Positions 1 to 9,018 of a DNA stretch of 32,000 nt are shown piece by piece (the stretch's first letter is position 1; each line of letters opens with the position of its first letter). Both the position numbers and the translations under genes were made by a program. The notes beneath the pieces were generated by a model. It did not search any database and was not told where the DNA came from. It saw only the letters and a list, made by a program, of their open reading frames with translations. The DNA lies in contig CP006868.1 in assembly GCA_025340205.1 (NCBI GenBank), positions 540,001 to 572,000 on the forward strand, given 5' to 3'. Source of the DNA: Ignicoccus pacificus DSM 13166. Its GTDB lineage: Archaea > Thermoproteota > Thermoprotei_A > Sulfolobales > Ignicoccaceae.

Positions 1-22
1 AAGTGAGGTAGGGGGCCGCCCG

Positions 23-661
23 GTGAACGTCGCAGAGGCTAGAGCGAGAGAGTTCCTCGAAAGGTATGGCGAGAAGGGGGAGCTCGTCCTCCGGGCGGCC
101 CTCGAGACCGCTGAGGAATATAGGAAGACCGGAAAGGACGTCCTTGGGGATTTCGATTACAAGGGTGTTGTGAGGAAGCTCAAGCTCTACGGTCTCGAAT
201 ACAATCCCTCCCCTCTCCTTTCCAAGCTTGAGAAGGAGTACTCCCTAATTGAGACAACCTACAAGAGCTCGGGTCAGCACTGGTGGAGGTTCGTAGATGA
301 GGAGTCCATAAGGCTGGCCCTCGAGGGAGATGACGAGGAGGAGCTGGAGGACCCAGAGGTAGCCGTACTGAAGGTCCAAATAGCAGCACTAGAGCTCGAT
401 GAAGTAAAGGAAAGACTGCTAAAGATTTTGAACAAGAAGAAGATGAGCGTAGCTGACAAGAAGTGGTTCAAGAACTTCGCCTTCGAGACTTTACCTCTAA
501 TAGCCCAAGTTGCTCAAAAGGTCCTCGAAGAGGGATATGAGGACGATCCAGAGCTCCTGGAGCCGGTGAGAGTTCTTCAGCTGGCGATGAAAGTTGCGAA
601 GGTTGCGAAGGTAAAGGCAGTGAGAAAGTTAGAGCTACCGGCTTTGAAGGTCGAAGAGTGA
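23..661 (+). CDS. conserved archaeal-type hypothetical protein (212 aa, possible winged-helix N-terminal half); true start may lie upstream of the window
   Basis: Long open frame with GTG at 23, charged and well-formed protein; frame remains open to the window edge upstream. Confidence 0.7.
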   Translation: MNVAEARAREFLERYGEKGELVLRAALETAEEYRKTGKDVLGDFDYKGVVRKLKLYGLEYNPSPLLSKLEKEYSLIETTYKSSGQHWWRFVDEESIRLALEGDDEEELEDPEVAVLKVQIAALELDEVKERLLKILNKKKMSVADKKWFKNFAFETLPLIAQVAQKVLEEGYEDDPELLEPVRVLQLAMKVAKVAKVKAVRKLELPALKVEE

Positions 662-663
662 AG

Positions 664-873
664 CTAAGGGGATGAGAGGGTTCCTTGAGTAGCTTGCTGG
701 GCGAGTAAGAGCCTCTGCTGCTCGACGGTCCACCATATGTTCATAAACCAAGCCATAACAGCTATTGTCATGAGGAATGTAATGAAGAGGAACAAGTTGA
801 GGGGCGTTAGGTACTCGGCGATCAAGTCGGTGATCAAACCCTTCCGAAGCTTTCTCATCAGTTTCCCCACCAC
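664..873 (-). CDS. small single-pass membrane protein, hypothetical
   Basis: 69 aa with basic N-terminus and one clear hydrophobic helix (LNLFLFITFLMTIAVMAWFMNIWW); fits exactly between neighbours. Confidence 0.55.
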   Translation of the reverse strand: MVGKLMRKLRKGLITDLIAEYLTPLNLFLFITFLMTIAVMAWFMNIWWTVEQQRLLLAQQATQGTLSSP

Positions 874-930
874 GCTCTAGCGCTGAATTACTTATTTTTT
901 CAACAGCTCCCTTAAGCACCGGTAGAGGCT

Positions 931-1542
931 ATGGCTCTTCTGACTTTCAAAAACGTTGCTAAGAGGTACCTCTACGACTACGTAATTAAAGACTTCAACT
1001 TGGAGGTGGGGTATAGCGAAGTGGTGAGGCTCGAGGGACCTAACGGCTCCGGAAAGACTACCCTGCTGAAGCTCGCTGCTGGAATAGAAAGGCCGAGCGA
1101 GGGAGAGGTTCTGATCGAGGAACTCCCTCCGTGGCATCTAGAGAGCAAGAGGAAGATGGGAGTTGTAATGCACAATAACATGACTTATGCAGAGCTTACG
1201 GTAAGGGAGAACTTAGAATTCTTCGCTTCCCTTTATGGTGTTAATCTAGACGAAGCGATGAGGTTGAGCAAAGAAGTAGGTCTCGATAAAAGGATGGAAC
1301 AAAGGGCAGGGGAGCTGAGCTTCGGGTGGAGGAAGAGGTTAGAGCTGGTCAGAGCCCTAATGCACAATCCCAAGCTGATACTCCTCGACGAGCCCTTCGT
1401 AGGCCTCGATACTCCGGGTAAGGAAGCATTGCTCAAGCTACTAAGGGAAGCCTTGAGGAAGGGATCCACTGTGGTTTACACGGCTCCGGTTGGATCCGAG
1501 GGGAGGGTAAGCGAGGAAGAAAAAGTAGTTAGGTTAGTATAG
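931..1542 (+). CDS. ABC transporter ATP-binding protein
   Basis: Walker A GPNGSGKTT, signature-like LSFGWRKR, Walker B LILLDEPF. Confidence 0.92.
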   Translation: MALLTFKNVAKRYLYDYVIKDFNLEVGYSEVVRLEGPNGSGKTTLLKLAAGIERPSEGEVLIEELPPWHLESKRKMGVVMHNNMTYAELTVRENLEFFASLYGVNLDEAMRLSKEVGLDKRMEQRAGELSFGWRKRLELVRALMHNPKLILLDEPFVGLDTPGKEALLKLLREALRKGSTVVYTAPVGSEGRVSEEEKVVRLV

Positions 1543-1543
1543 C

Positions 1544-1732
1544 TCACTCTCCTGAATTATCAGCCATGGCTTCGGCTATGGTATCAAAGAGCTCCCTCAA
1601 AAGAGTCCTAATCAATTGCTTACAACGCTCGTCCTTAGGATTCTCACAACCCACTTTGTCCCAGTCGATAGTCACCTCTATCCCAACCCTCACGCCTTCC
1701 CACTCGTCTTGGAGACGGTGGACCTCTCTCAC
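1544..1732 (-). CDS. small hypothetical protein (62 aa)
   Basis: Plausible charged protein; TATA-like element (ATATAAAAATT on minus strand, about 1765-1775) at leaderless-promoter distance. Confidence 0.5.
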   Translation of the reverse strand: MREVHRLQDEWEGVRVGIEVTIDWDKVGCENPKDERCKQLIRTLLRELFDTIAEAMADNSGE

Positions 1733-1763
1733 TTCTCTCCGCCACTACTTGCTCTGCATTTGA

Positions 1764-1776
1764 GAATTTTTATATT
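1764..1776 (-). promoter_or_regulatory. putative archaeal TATA box for the 1544-1732 gene
   Basis: Minus strand reads GAATATAAAAATT about 35 nt upstream of the ATG at 1732. Confidence 0.35.
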
Positions 1777-1816
1777 CAGTCTCTCTATCCATATAGGAGA
1801 ATGGAGAGAAAGATAT

Positions 1817-2950
1817 TTAATGTTGTTGACCCTCCTTTTTCAATTCCCTTACCGCCTCAGCTATCGCCTCAAGACCGTAACTGAGCTCATTTAGTGGTGC
1901 GGAGTAGCTTATCCTCAAGGAATCCCATCCGTATTTCTCGGAGAACACCTTACCCGGTATCGTTATCACGCCCTTCTCGGCGAGCTTTAGGGCCAACTTC
2001 TCCGAGTCTATTCCGAAGGAGGGGAAGGCATAGAAGGCTCCACCTCCTATTCCTAAGAATTCGGCTACGTCTGAGAGCATTTCCTTCACGATGTGTCTCC
2101 TCTTGGCATATTCCTCTACCATCTCCCTCACGTGGTTCTCTACTACGTCGTCCATTTGCAAGACCTCGGCCAAGGCTATCTGCTCCCACTTGCAGGGACA
2201 GCCGTAGACGTTAGATGCGGCTGCGGAGAGCTTCTTGACGACTTCCTCCTTAGCTACTATGGCGCCAAGCCTCCACCCGGGAACACAGAGCACCTTGCTG
2301 AAGCTGTATACGAAGGCACCGACCTCCCTCCACTTCTCGAAGTTTAAGAGACTTACGTGCTTCCCCTCGTACACGAAGACGTCGTAGGGCTCGTCGCTTA
2401 CTATAGAGCTTCCCCTCTCCAGAGCCCTCTCCGCCAGATCGAACATGAGGTCTCCTATTAGAGAGCCCGTAGGGTTGGAGGGGCTGTTGATCACCATTAT
2501 TCCCCTTTCAGGGACCTCCTCCGGTAAATTCTCGGGGAAATCGTAGCCTTCCCTTCCCCTCTTCATGGGGACTTTCTTGACCTCAACCCCTATTGACTTC
2601 AGCACGGGTTCGTAACTATAGTAGGTAGGGTCTAGGAGTACTCCTTCTCCTTTTCCAAAATATAGCAGAGCCAAGTAAAGTGCGGCCTTTCCAGAGGGGG
2701 TGATAAGGACCTCCTCCGGAGCTATTTCAACGTCATACCTCTTGGAGAGCCATTCCGCTACGGCCTTCCGGGTTTCCGGGAGGCCCGCGGAAGGGGTATA
2801 GGTGGGTTTTACTTTGGTGGCCTCGATGAGTGCTTGAACCAGCTCCTTTGGAGGGTTCTTGTCAGGTTCTCCGAGCCCCAAGTTGGCTTCGATGCTGGGA
2901 GCGAGCTTCTTCGCCTTCGCCACGAAGCCTAGAGTTGAGGAAGACGCCAA
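1817..2950 (-). CDS. class I/II PLP-dependent aminotransferase (aspartate aminotransferase-like)
   Basis: Full-length fold-type I signature incl. NSPSNPTG, SDEPYDVFVY and PLP-lysine region SFSKVLCVPGWRLG. Confidence 0.9.
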   Translation of the reverse strand: MASSSTLGFVAKAKKLAPSIEANLGLGEPDKNPPKELVQALIEATKVKPTYTPSAGLPETRKAVAEWLSKRYDVEIAPEEVLITPSGKAALYLALLYFGKGEGVLLDPTYYSYEPVLKSIGVEVKKVPMKRGREGYDFPENLPEEVPERGIMVINSPSNPTGSLIGDLMFDLAERALERGSSIVSDEPYDVFVYEGKHVSLLNFEKWREVGAFVYSFSKVLCVPGWRLGAIVAKEEVVKKLSAAASNVYGCPCKWEQIALAEVLQMDDVVENHVREMVEEYAKRRHIVKEMLSDVAEFLGIGGGAFYAFPSFGIDSEKLALKLAEKGVITIPGKVFSEKYGWDSLRISYSAPLNELSYGLEAIAEAVRELKKEGQQH

Positions 2951-3054
2951 CTCGTCTATCAGTCCGAAGCACCTATCCTTTCAGCGGCTCGGAGGGGGTA
3001 AACGGGTTACGGAATCCAAAAACCTCCGCTTCTACGTGATAAGGGGACGAAGGC

Positions 3055-3871
3055 TTGAAGGTGAAGGTTGGTCACAGTCCCGATCCGGACGACGCCTTCA
3101 TGTTCTATCCTATTAAAAAGAAGTTGATTGACTTGAGAGGCTACGAAGTGGAGGAAGTGGTGGAGGACATCGAAACCCTCAACAAGCTTGCCTTAAGCGG
3201 AGAGCTGGACGTGAGCGCCGTTTCAGCCCACGCCTACGCCTACTTGGCGGATAACTACGACGTCTTAGCTTCTGGGGCAAGCATGGGAAAGGGTTACGGA
3301 CCGGTAGTGGTCAGCAAGGAGCCCTTGAAGATAGAGGAGGTAGAGGGGAAGAGGATAGCGGTGCCAGGTGAGCTGACAACAGCTACCCTGCTCACTAAGA
3401 TATACTTGCCCCCTGGGGAGTACGTGGTAATAAGGTTCGACAAGATACCAGAAGCTGTTCTTAAGGGAGAGGTCGACGTGGGCGTGCTCATCCACGAAGG
3501 TCAGATTACCTATAAGGAAATGGGTCTTCACAAGGTGGCAGACCTAGGAGAGCTTTGGTACGAGGAGACCGGCCTCCCTACCCCCCTCGGCTTAGACGTG
3601 ACAAGGAAGGAGATAGCCGACGATTGGGCCAAGATATGGAGGGAAGCGGTAGAGTATTCCCTAAGCCATCCCAAGGAGGCGTTGGAGTATGCTATGCCCT
3701 TCGCCAGAGGACTTAGCGAGGAGCTTGTAGACAAGTTCGTCCATATGTACGTCAACGAGTATACCGTAGACATGGGGGGAGGAGGGGGAAGAGGCGCTCA
3801 AGACTCTCTACAAGAAGGCTTACCAGAAGGGATTGATACCTAAGATCCCCAACTTCAGGGTAGCTAGGTAG
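3055..3871 (+). CDS. MqnD/MqnA-like menaquinone (futalosine pathway) enzyme; continuous frame ends at 3843, but protein-like C-terminus continues in another frame to 3871
   Basis: N-terminus VGHSPDPDDAFMFYPI, typical of MqnD-like proteins. Dropping one G from the 3774-3779 run gives YTVDMGEEGEEALKTLYKKAYQKGLIPKIPNFRVAR*. Confidence 0.75.
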
Positions 3872-4837
3872 CTAGCAGCTCCTCAAAGTTATTTTCTCAG
3901 CCTCATCTATTGTAGGTACTTTAGCTCCCACCTCCTCTGCCAGCTCACAAGCTCTACAGATTCTCCTTCCTGGAGACGTCGGGAAGCCGCACCTCTCGCA
4001 AGTTCCTCTCTCCTCGCTCTCTCTCCTTAACTCCTTCATCTTCATTGACCACTTATAGAGTTTTGAGGGGTTTTCCTCAACCAAGTCGAAAAGCTTTACT
4101 CTAACTCTAGATCTTAGAGAGGGGTTCAGATCCAGGTAAGGACACTCCTTCTTCTGGAGCGGAAACTTCCTTATGTAAGCATAAACAGCTACCTCCTTCT
4201 CGAAGACTCTCCTCAGCGGTTTCAACCTTCCATGAGCAAGCTTGGCTATTCCGTCCCAGTCCCCTCTGAGGAGATTGAGGAAGGAGGTGTGGACCTCGTC
4301 ATCCAAGGTGTGACCGGTAGCGACGTTCCTTATTCCGAGCTTGAGGGCCACCATCTCGACAGCCCTCCTTCTAAACACCCCGCAGTAAGTACAAGGCCTC
4401 TGTTTTCCCACCTTGACCATCTCAGATAACTTTTTACCATATAGATCCTTAAAGGTAACGTAGTTGTACTCAATTCCAAGCTTCTTGGCTAGAAGACAGG
4501 CGTTCCTCCTTTCCTCCTCCCTCTCATACCCCTCCGCCCCTTCTACCACAGTGAGGGCGACCAGCTCAGAAGGATCGTAGATGTTGCTCATAACATCCAT
4601 TAACACCAGAGAATCTTTTCCGCCCGAAACGGAGAGGAGAATGGGTCCCTTGATTCCCTTTATCTCCTCCGAGGCCCTCTTCCATATGCTCTTGAGGAAG
4701 TGCTTCTCACAGAGAGGTCTTCCCGTGGGAAGCTCCTTGCTTATAGAAGGCCTCCCACAAAGGTCACATTTAAGAGTCCTGATGCATGCTCTCGAAGTCC
4801 CTTCCCTGCTTCCCGTACTCCCCGTCCATGACGTCAT
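3872..4837 (-). CDS. TtuA/Ncs6-family tRNA 2-thiolation protein (ATP-PPase); start codon uncertain
   Basis: PP-loop LLSVSGGKDSLVLMD, PCTYCGVFRRRA, N-terminal CDLCG...C and C-terminal CERCGFP...CRAC zinc motifs. Confidence 0.9.
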   Translation of the reverse strand: MTSWTGSTGSREGTSRACIRTLKCDLCGRPSISKELPTGRPLCEKHFLKSIWKRASEEIKGIKGPILLSVSGGKDSLVLMDVMSNIYDPSELVALTVVEGAEGYEREEERRNACLLAKKLGIEYNYVTFKDLYGKKLSEMVKVGKQRPCTYCGVFRRRAVEMVALKLGIRNVATGHTLDDEVHTSFLNLLRGDWDGIAKLAHGRLKPLRRVFEKEVAVYAYIRKFPLQKKECPYLDLNPSLRSRVRVKLFDLVEENPSKLYKWSMKMKELRRESEERGTCERCGFPTSPGRRICRACELAEEVGAKVPTIDEAEKITLRSC

Positions 4838-4924
4838 ACATGCTCACGCTCCGGGTGCCCTCCAGAGAGGGCCTGGAGCCGCTCTTGCTAAAATCCCTAG
4901 ACTTGTTAGGCCTCTGAAACATTG

Positions 4925-4940
4925 ATTTTAAATAGAGTAA
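4925..4940 (-). promoter_or_regulatory. putative TATA box upstream of the tRNA thiolation gene
   Basis: Minus strand CTATTTAAAAATCAAT in an AT-rich gap. Confidence 0.3.
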
Positions 4941-5002
4941 GATTTTACTTATCAAATTTAGCACCGAATATTGTTAACGGTGTTAAGGATAAAAAGTGGA
5001 TA

Positions 5003-5311
5003 TCAACTGTACTCGTTGTGGTACAACTTGAAGTGATCCTTATCTTCCTTCTTACCAAACACCTCCTCCATTACCTTATGGGTTGAGTTTTCTCCGGAGA
5101 AAGCCCTTAAGCTCTTCTTCTTTTCCATGTTGTTAAAGTAGCTCGTCTCGTCGAACTCATCTTCACAAGACTTCTTGAAGGGATTACGGAACAATCCCAC
5201 TCCTCTCGCCGTTAGGCTACGTACGGAAGAGGAAAATAAATTTGGTTCAAAAGTATACGTTGCCTTATTTGAACTCGGCCAGACACGTTTCAATGTTCTC
5301 GAAGAGGTCAT
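5003..5311 (-). CDS. hypothetical protein; start uncertain, N-terminal part overlaps next ORF
   Basis: Charged, protein-like sequence (DEFDETSYFNNMEKKKSLRAFSGENSTHKVMEEVFGKKEDK) in a gap with no alternative gene. Confidence 0.4.
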   Translation of the reverse strand: MTSSRTLKRVWPSSNKATYTFEPNLFSSSVRSLTARGVGLFRNPFKKSCEDEFDETSYFNNMEKKKSLRAFSGENSTHKVMEEVFGKKEDKDHFKLYHNEYS

Positions 5312-5678
5312 GATAGTCTTTAAGGCTCATCTCATCAGAACTTAAGCACAACACCATGTTAGAGTTCTTTAGCTTATCCTCTCTACAGAACACCTTCTTA
5401 CCGTTTACCTCATAGAATCTGTTACAGATAGGATCTTTCTCAAAGTCTATACCACACTCACTCAAGTGGAGTTCGTAGTTCAATATCTTAGACAAGGCAT
5501 CAATATCTTCGTTCATCACAGCTTTCGCCAACTTCTTTCCTATTTCATTCTTGGGAGCGGCAAAAACCAATATCGCGTTGTCCTTCTGACCTATCGCTGC
5601 TACTTCTTCGTATACATCCCCTAAAATGAATACTCTACCTACACATGATGCACTTTCACAATGGGTTACCATTTCCAC
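5265..5678 (-). CDS. hypothetical protein (137 aa, Cys-containing)
   Basis: Open frame with plausible composition; no family recognised. Confidence 0.6.
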   Translation of the reverse strand: MEMVTHCESASCVGRVFILGDVYEEVAAIGQKDNAILVFAAPKNEIGKKLAKAVMNEDIDALSKILNYELHLSECGIDFEKDPICNRFYEVNGKKVFCREDKLKNSNMVLCLSSDEMSLKDYHDLFENIETCLAEFK

Positions 5679-5723
5679 TCACTCCAGCAAGCCGCTAGCC
5701 TAGGGTTAAAGAGTCAACCCTTT

Positions 5724-6044
5724 TCATTCCCTCTCGGCTATTACCTCATCAATTGAATGGATAACTACTCCCCTCTCCTCCAAGGCTTCCTTAAGAGTCT
5801 CAAAGTCTATGTCAGAGCCTTCAACTATTATGGTCATAGTTATTGTCTCCACATCCATTTCTTCCACCCTTATGGTAACCTTGCTTATTCCTTCGAGGTC
5901 AGCTATCTCTTTTGCAATGTCTATTATGGTTAGACCCTTGATGGGTTTTATTGTATCGAGGAGGACCCTCTTCACTTTACCCATGTCGCATCCGGATAAT
6001 GAAAGGACTCGCGGTTCTAAAGTGACTCCTTCAGTAGTATTCAC
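5724..6044 (-). CDS. DUF211-family protein
   Basis: KVKRVLLDTIKPIKGLTIIDIAKEIADLEGISKVTIRVEEMDVET...GVVIHSIDEVIA matches the DUF211 pattern. Confidence 0.85.
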   Translation of the reverse strand: MNTTEGVTLEPRVLSLSGCDMGKVKRVLLDTIKPIKGLTIIDIAKEIADLEGISKVTIRVEEMDVETITMTIIVEGSDIDFETLKEALEERGVVIHSIDEVIAERE

Positions 6045-6558
6045 TGCAATTCTCCTTAATCCATTGGACGACCCCCTCAGAGCTGAAGGTCTTGAACCCT
6101 CTTGATGACAGAACCTTGTTTATCAGCTCTATCGCTTTTGGTGCCAGTTTCATTGCCTCATCCCTCATCGAACAAGGCCAGCACACCTTCTCAGCTCTAA
6201 GAGCTACCAAGAAAGCCTCTCCATCGAATATCCCTGACTTCTTGGCAAGGGCCGCCAGCTGGACCGGGCCCACCTTGTGGGCGTCCGTCACCAGCTCGCT
6301 CACCTCTTCCACCGTAGCCTTTGATGGATCTATCTTGAGGAGCTCTATCTCATTCTTAACCGTTTCCGGGTTTGCAGCATCGATGAAAATCACCAGATCG
6401 TAGCCTTCCAACCATCCCAGAAGACCCAATCCCATGTAGTCTCCATCCTTCACGTCTACGTTTTCTATTTTCTGTTTAGAGAGGAACTCGGCCAGACAGC
6501 TACCAAAGCCGTCGTCGCCGTACATCCTATTTCCCAATCCGAGAACTAGGGCCTTCAA
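6031..6558 (-). CDS. hydrogenase maturation protease (HycI/HyaD family, peptidase M52)
   Basis: N-terminal VLGLGNRMYGDDGFG (GxGNxxxxDDGxG) and conserved acidic FIDAAN region. Confidence 0.87.
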   Translation of the reverse strand: MKALVLGLGNRMYGDDGFGSCLAEFLSKQKIENVDVKDGDYMGLGLLGWLEGYDLVIFIDAANPETVKNEIELLKIDPSKATVEEVSELVTDAHKVGPVQLAALAKKSGIFDGEAFLVALRAEKVCWPCSMRDEAMKLAPKAIELINKVLSSRGFKTFSSEGVVQWIKENCSEYY

Positions 6559-6627
6559 GGAACCCTATCCCAAGGGGAATGGAGATAGGGATTAATGAGG
6601 TGAGCAGAGGGCTAGAGGGGGCAGAAA

Positions 6628-7113
6628 TTGGATAACATGGTCAAGGCCGTGGCAGTTGGCTCCTTCCTATTATCAATAGCGATAGGCTTAATTGACTACA
6701 AGGCCTTTGAAGGAACCGTTTCTCCCTTGACTTCAGCTGCCGCCATCGCTTCCGTCGCCGCCTTCGTGGCCCTAGTCCTCTTGGGAGAGGACTCCCCGTC
6801 TTGGCACTTGAAGCTCGTGGAGGGATTGATATGGAGCGCTCTGGCCTTGGACATACTCCACGTAATTGCCCTAGCTTTGGGCGTACCCGTTCACAAGTAC
6901 GCTACCAATATCTTGTACTTCTTCTTTGGTTACGCTGAAACAAAGGAAATCAAGCTATTTGGTCTAAAGCCGTTCGAAATAGGTCCAAAGCCCTTCACCG
7001 CTAAGAGCTTAGCCATAGATCCAGCATCTATAATGTTCGTCGCCTATTACTTAACTTGGGGTAGGAGGAAGCTCAACGAAGTCATCAAAAAGAAGAAGAG
7101 CAAGAAGAAATAA
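6628..7113 (+). CDS. multi-pass membrane protein, hypothetical
   Basis: Several hydrophobic segments and a Lys-rich C-terminal tail (KKKKSKKK). Confidence 0.7.
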   Translation: MDNMVKAVAVGSFLLSIAIGLIDYKAFEGTVSPLTSAAAIASVAAFVALVLLGEDSPSWHLKLVEGLIWSALALDILHVIALALGVPVHKYATNILYFFFGYAETKEIKLFGLKPFEIGPKPFTAKSLAIDPASIMFVAYYLTWGRRKLNEVIKKKKSKKK

Positions 7114-7544
7114 GGTCTTTTCGTCCTTTTCCTTCAATGGTGTTCTGTGCAGTCTTTACTATGAGATGTTGAGAACTATCATCTCCTTTGAACCTTAACT
7201 CTTTATTCCCCTTATTTTGGATTTCCTACTTTACCTCTCTATCCGCTTACTCATAATTTGTCCTTGAGGTTTCTTCCAACATTTGTCTTGGTTAAGCTTA
7301 AGGTACTTATAGCTTCGTACAAGGATTTTTATGGAAGTATGAGCATCATTACTTTGTTCGTCTCTACAGTCTTATTCAATAACGTAATACATACTAGAAA
7401 AGTTCAAGAGTCTCTCTAAAGCTTGGTTTTGAAGAAAAATGAAAAGAATGAAAATAAAGATTTACGTCTATGGGAAAGGTGACTATAAATTCGTGAGACA
7501 TAGAGTGGGAGAAAAAGAAAAAAGTGATGGAATCCATCAATTCA

Positions 7545-7724
7545 TCATTCTTCATCGCTCTCATCTTCTTTGATCGTCTTTACTACGATCCCGATTAGAG
7601 ACTCTATCATAGCGGCAACGATGGAAGCTACTTTATCTTCTATGAGATCGTCAGTAGGAGCTCCCTTGAGTTCTGGATAGTCTTCGAGTAGTTCCTTTAT
7701 TGATTCTTCTGCTCTTCTATGACA
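7545..7724 (-). pseudogene. possible degenerate remnant or unannotated small ORF
   Basis: Minus-strand frame encodes ...HRRAEESIKELLEDYPELKGAPTDDLIEDKVASIVAAMIESLIGIVVKTIKEDESDEE*, protein-like but without an upstream start after its preceding stop. Confidence 0.3.
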
Positions 7725-7923
7725 TCATTAGTAATATCTATCCTTAGTGAAACGTTTTCGGACCTAATTTCTATGCGTTTGGGAATACACCTCCCTATCT
7801 TTTACCACCAGGAGTATATTACTCTCCGGATCCTATATATTCTATAATTTGAAATTGTAGAGAATGTAAACCAAAATTTTACCTTTCTCGATGCACAAGA
7901 TATTAACAACATCTCGAAAAATA

Positions 7924-8604
7924 CTACCCGTATACTCCCGAGATCTCTTCATAGGCAGCTATTATTCTATCCGCAACCAGCCAAGAATCCAAGATGGTCG
8001 GAAATATGTACGCCTTTTCCTTAGCTATTTTATATGCTTCCAACCCGAAGTCCCCTCTCGGAAAGCCTTGCACGACTATTGGATATTCCCTTCCCATTTC
8101 AGCTATCCTCTTCGGAGGAACCAACCTCCCTCCGTGTTCGAGCAAAACTATCCCTTCTGTACCTATCACCTTCTTCACCAAGTACTCCAGACCCATATTC
8201 CTGATTTCCATCAATGGCTCGCCCTCCTCTGGTACCCTTCCTTCTTCGAACAACTTCTCCATTATTCCCAAGAACCTCTCATAGCTCCTTATTGGCTTCA
8301 TCTTCGGATTAACGAAGATAACGTAATCATCCCTAGTATGCACGTAGACCTCCAACAGACCCCTTTGATTGAGAGGAGAAGCGAGAGCAGCTAACAAGAA
8401 GGCGAAGACCATATCTGGCCTTCCTCTCATCTCCTTATCCTTCAAAGACTTCATAGCATGGAAATGGTAGCTCTTATCCAAGATCACTTTGGTCGGAGGT
8501 TTCCTCCTTCTCTCAGCATAAGCTCTAATTTGAGGATGGGAAGCGATCTCTCTGGGAACGGTCTCCAAGGCAGAATATGCCATTATGATCCTCAGCTTTC
8601 TCAC
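7924..8604 (-). CDS. nep1: ribosome biogenesis protein / 16S rRNA pseudouridine N1-methyltransferase Nep1 (Emg1)
   Basis: LDKSYHFHAMKSLKDKEMRGRPDMVFAFLLAALASPLNQRGLLEVYVHTRDDYVIFVNPKMKPIRSYERFLGIMEKLF characteristic of Nep1. Confidence 0.93.
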   Translation of the reverse strand: MRKLRIIMAYSALETVPREIASHPQIRAYAERRRKPPTKVILDKSYHFHAMKSLKDKEMRGRPDMVFAFLLAALASPLNQRGLLEVYVHTRDDYVIFVNPKMKPIRSYERFLGIMEKLFEEGRVPEEGEPLMEIRNMGLEYLVKKVIGTEGIVLLEHGGRLVPPKRIAEMGREYPIVVQGFPRGDFGLEAYKIAKEKAYIFPTILDSWLVADRIIAAYEEISGVYG

Positions 8605-8652
8605 TTGTAGATCCCATATTTACTCCCCCGTCAGAGGTCTAATTGAAGAGGT

Positions 8653-9018
8653 ATGGCCTGTCCGTATCTGCAAGAGACGGAGAAGGGGTTCCGGTGTCGG
8701 CTCACGGGGAAGAAGGTATCCGTAATGCTGAGGCCCTGCTTAGGGAACTATGAAGAATGTCCAATCTATTCCACCTACCATCCGAGAATGAGAGCCCTAT
8801 TTAAATGCTTAGTCAACTCCTTAAGCTTTAAGGATTATGAAACAGAGGACTTGATCTCCAGGATACAGTCGAAGAAAATGCCATGGGAAGCGGAGAGGTG
8901 CGAGGAGTGTGCTTGCTACTCCGAAAGGTACAAGATATGCCTCTTCGACATAACCAGTCATCGTAATGGGAGATGTCCTGTCAAGAGGTTTCTGGAGGAG
9001 GCTCAACGCAAGGAGTAA
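8653..9018 (+). CDS. small cysteine-rich, probably metal-binding protein
   Basis: 121 aa with about 10 Cys, in CP/CxxC-like clusters (MACPYL, PCLGNYEECPIY, CEECACYSERYKIC, GRCPV). Confidence 0.7.
   Translation: MACPYLQETEKGFRCRLTGKKVSVMLRPCLGNYEECPIYSTYHPRMRALFKCLVNSLSFKDYETEDLISRIQSKKMPWEAERCEECACYSERYKICLFDITSHRNGRCPVKRFLEEAQRKE

Noticed and set aside
5703-5724. GGGTT-N8-AACCC-TTTT hairpin downstream of the DUF211 gene
   Set aside because: Only a 5-bp stem, and the T tract lies on the wrong side for the minus-strand gene it follows; not strong enough to call a terminator.
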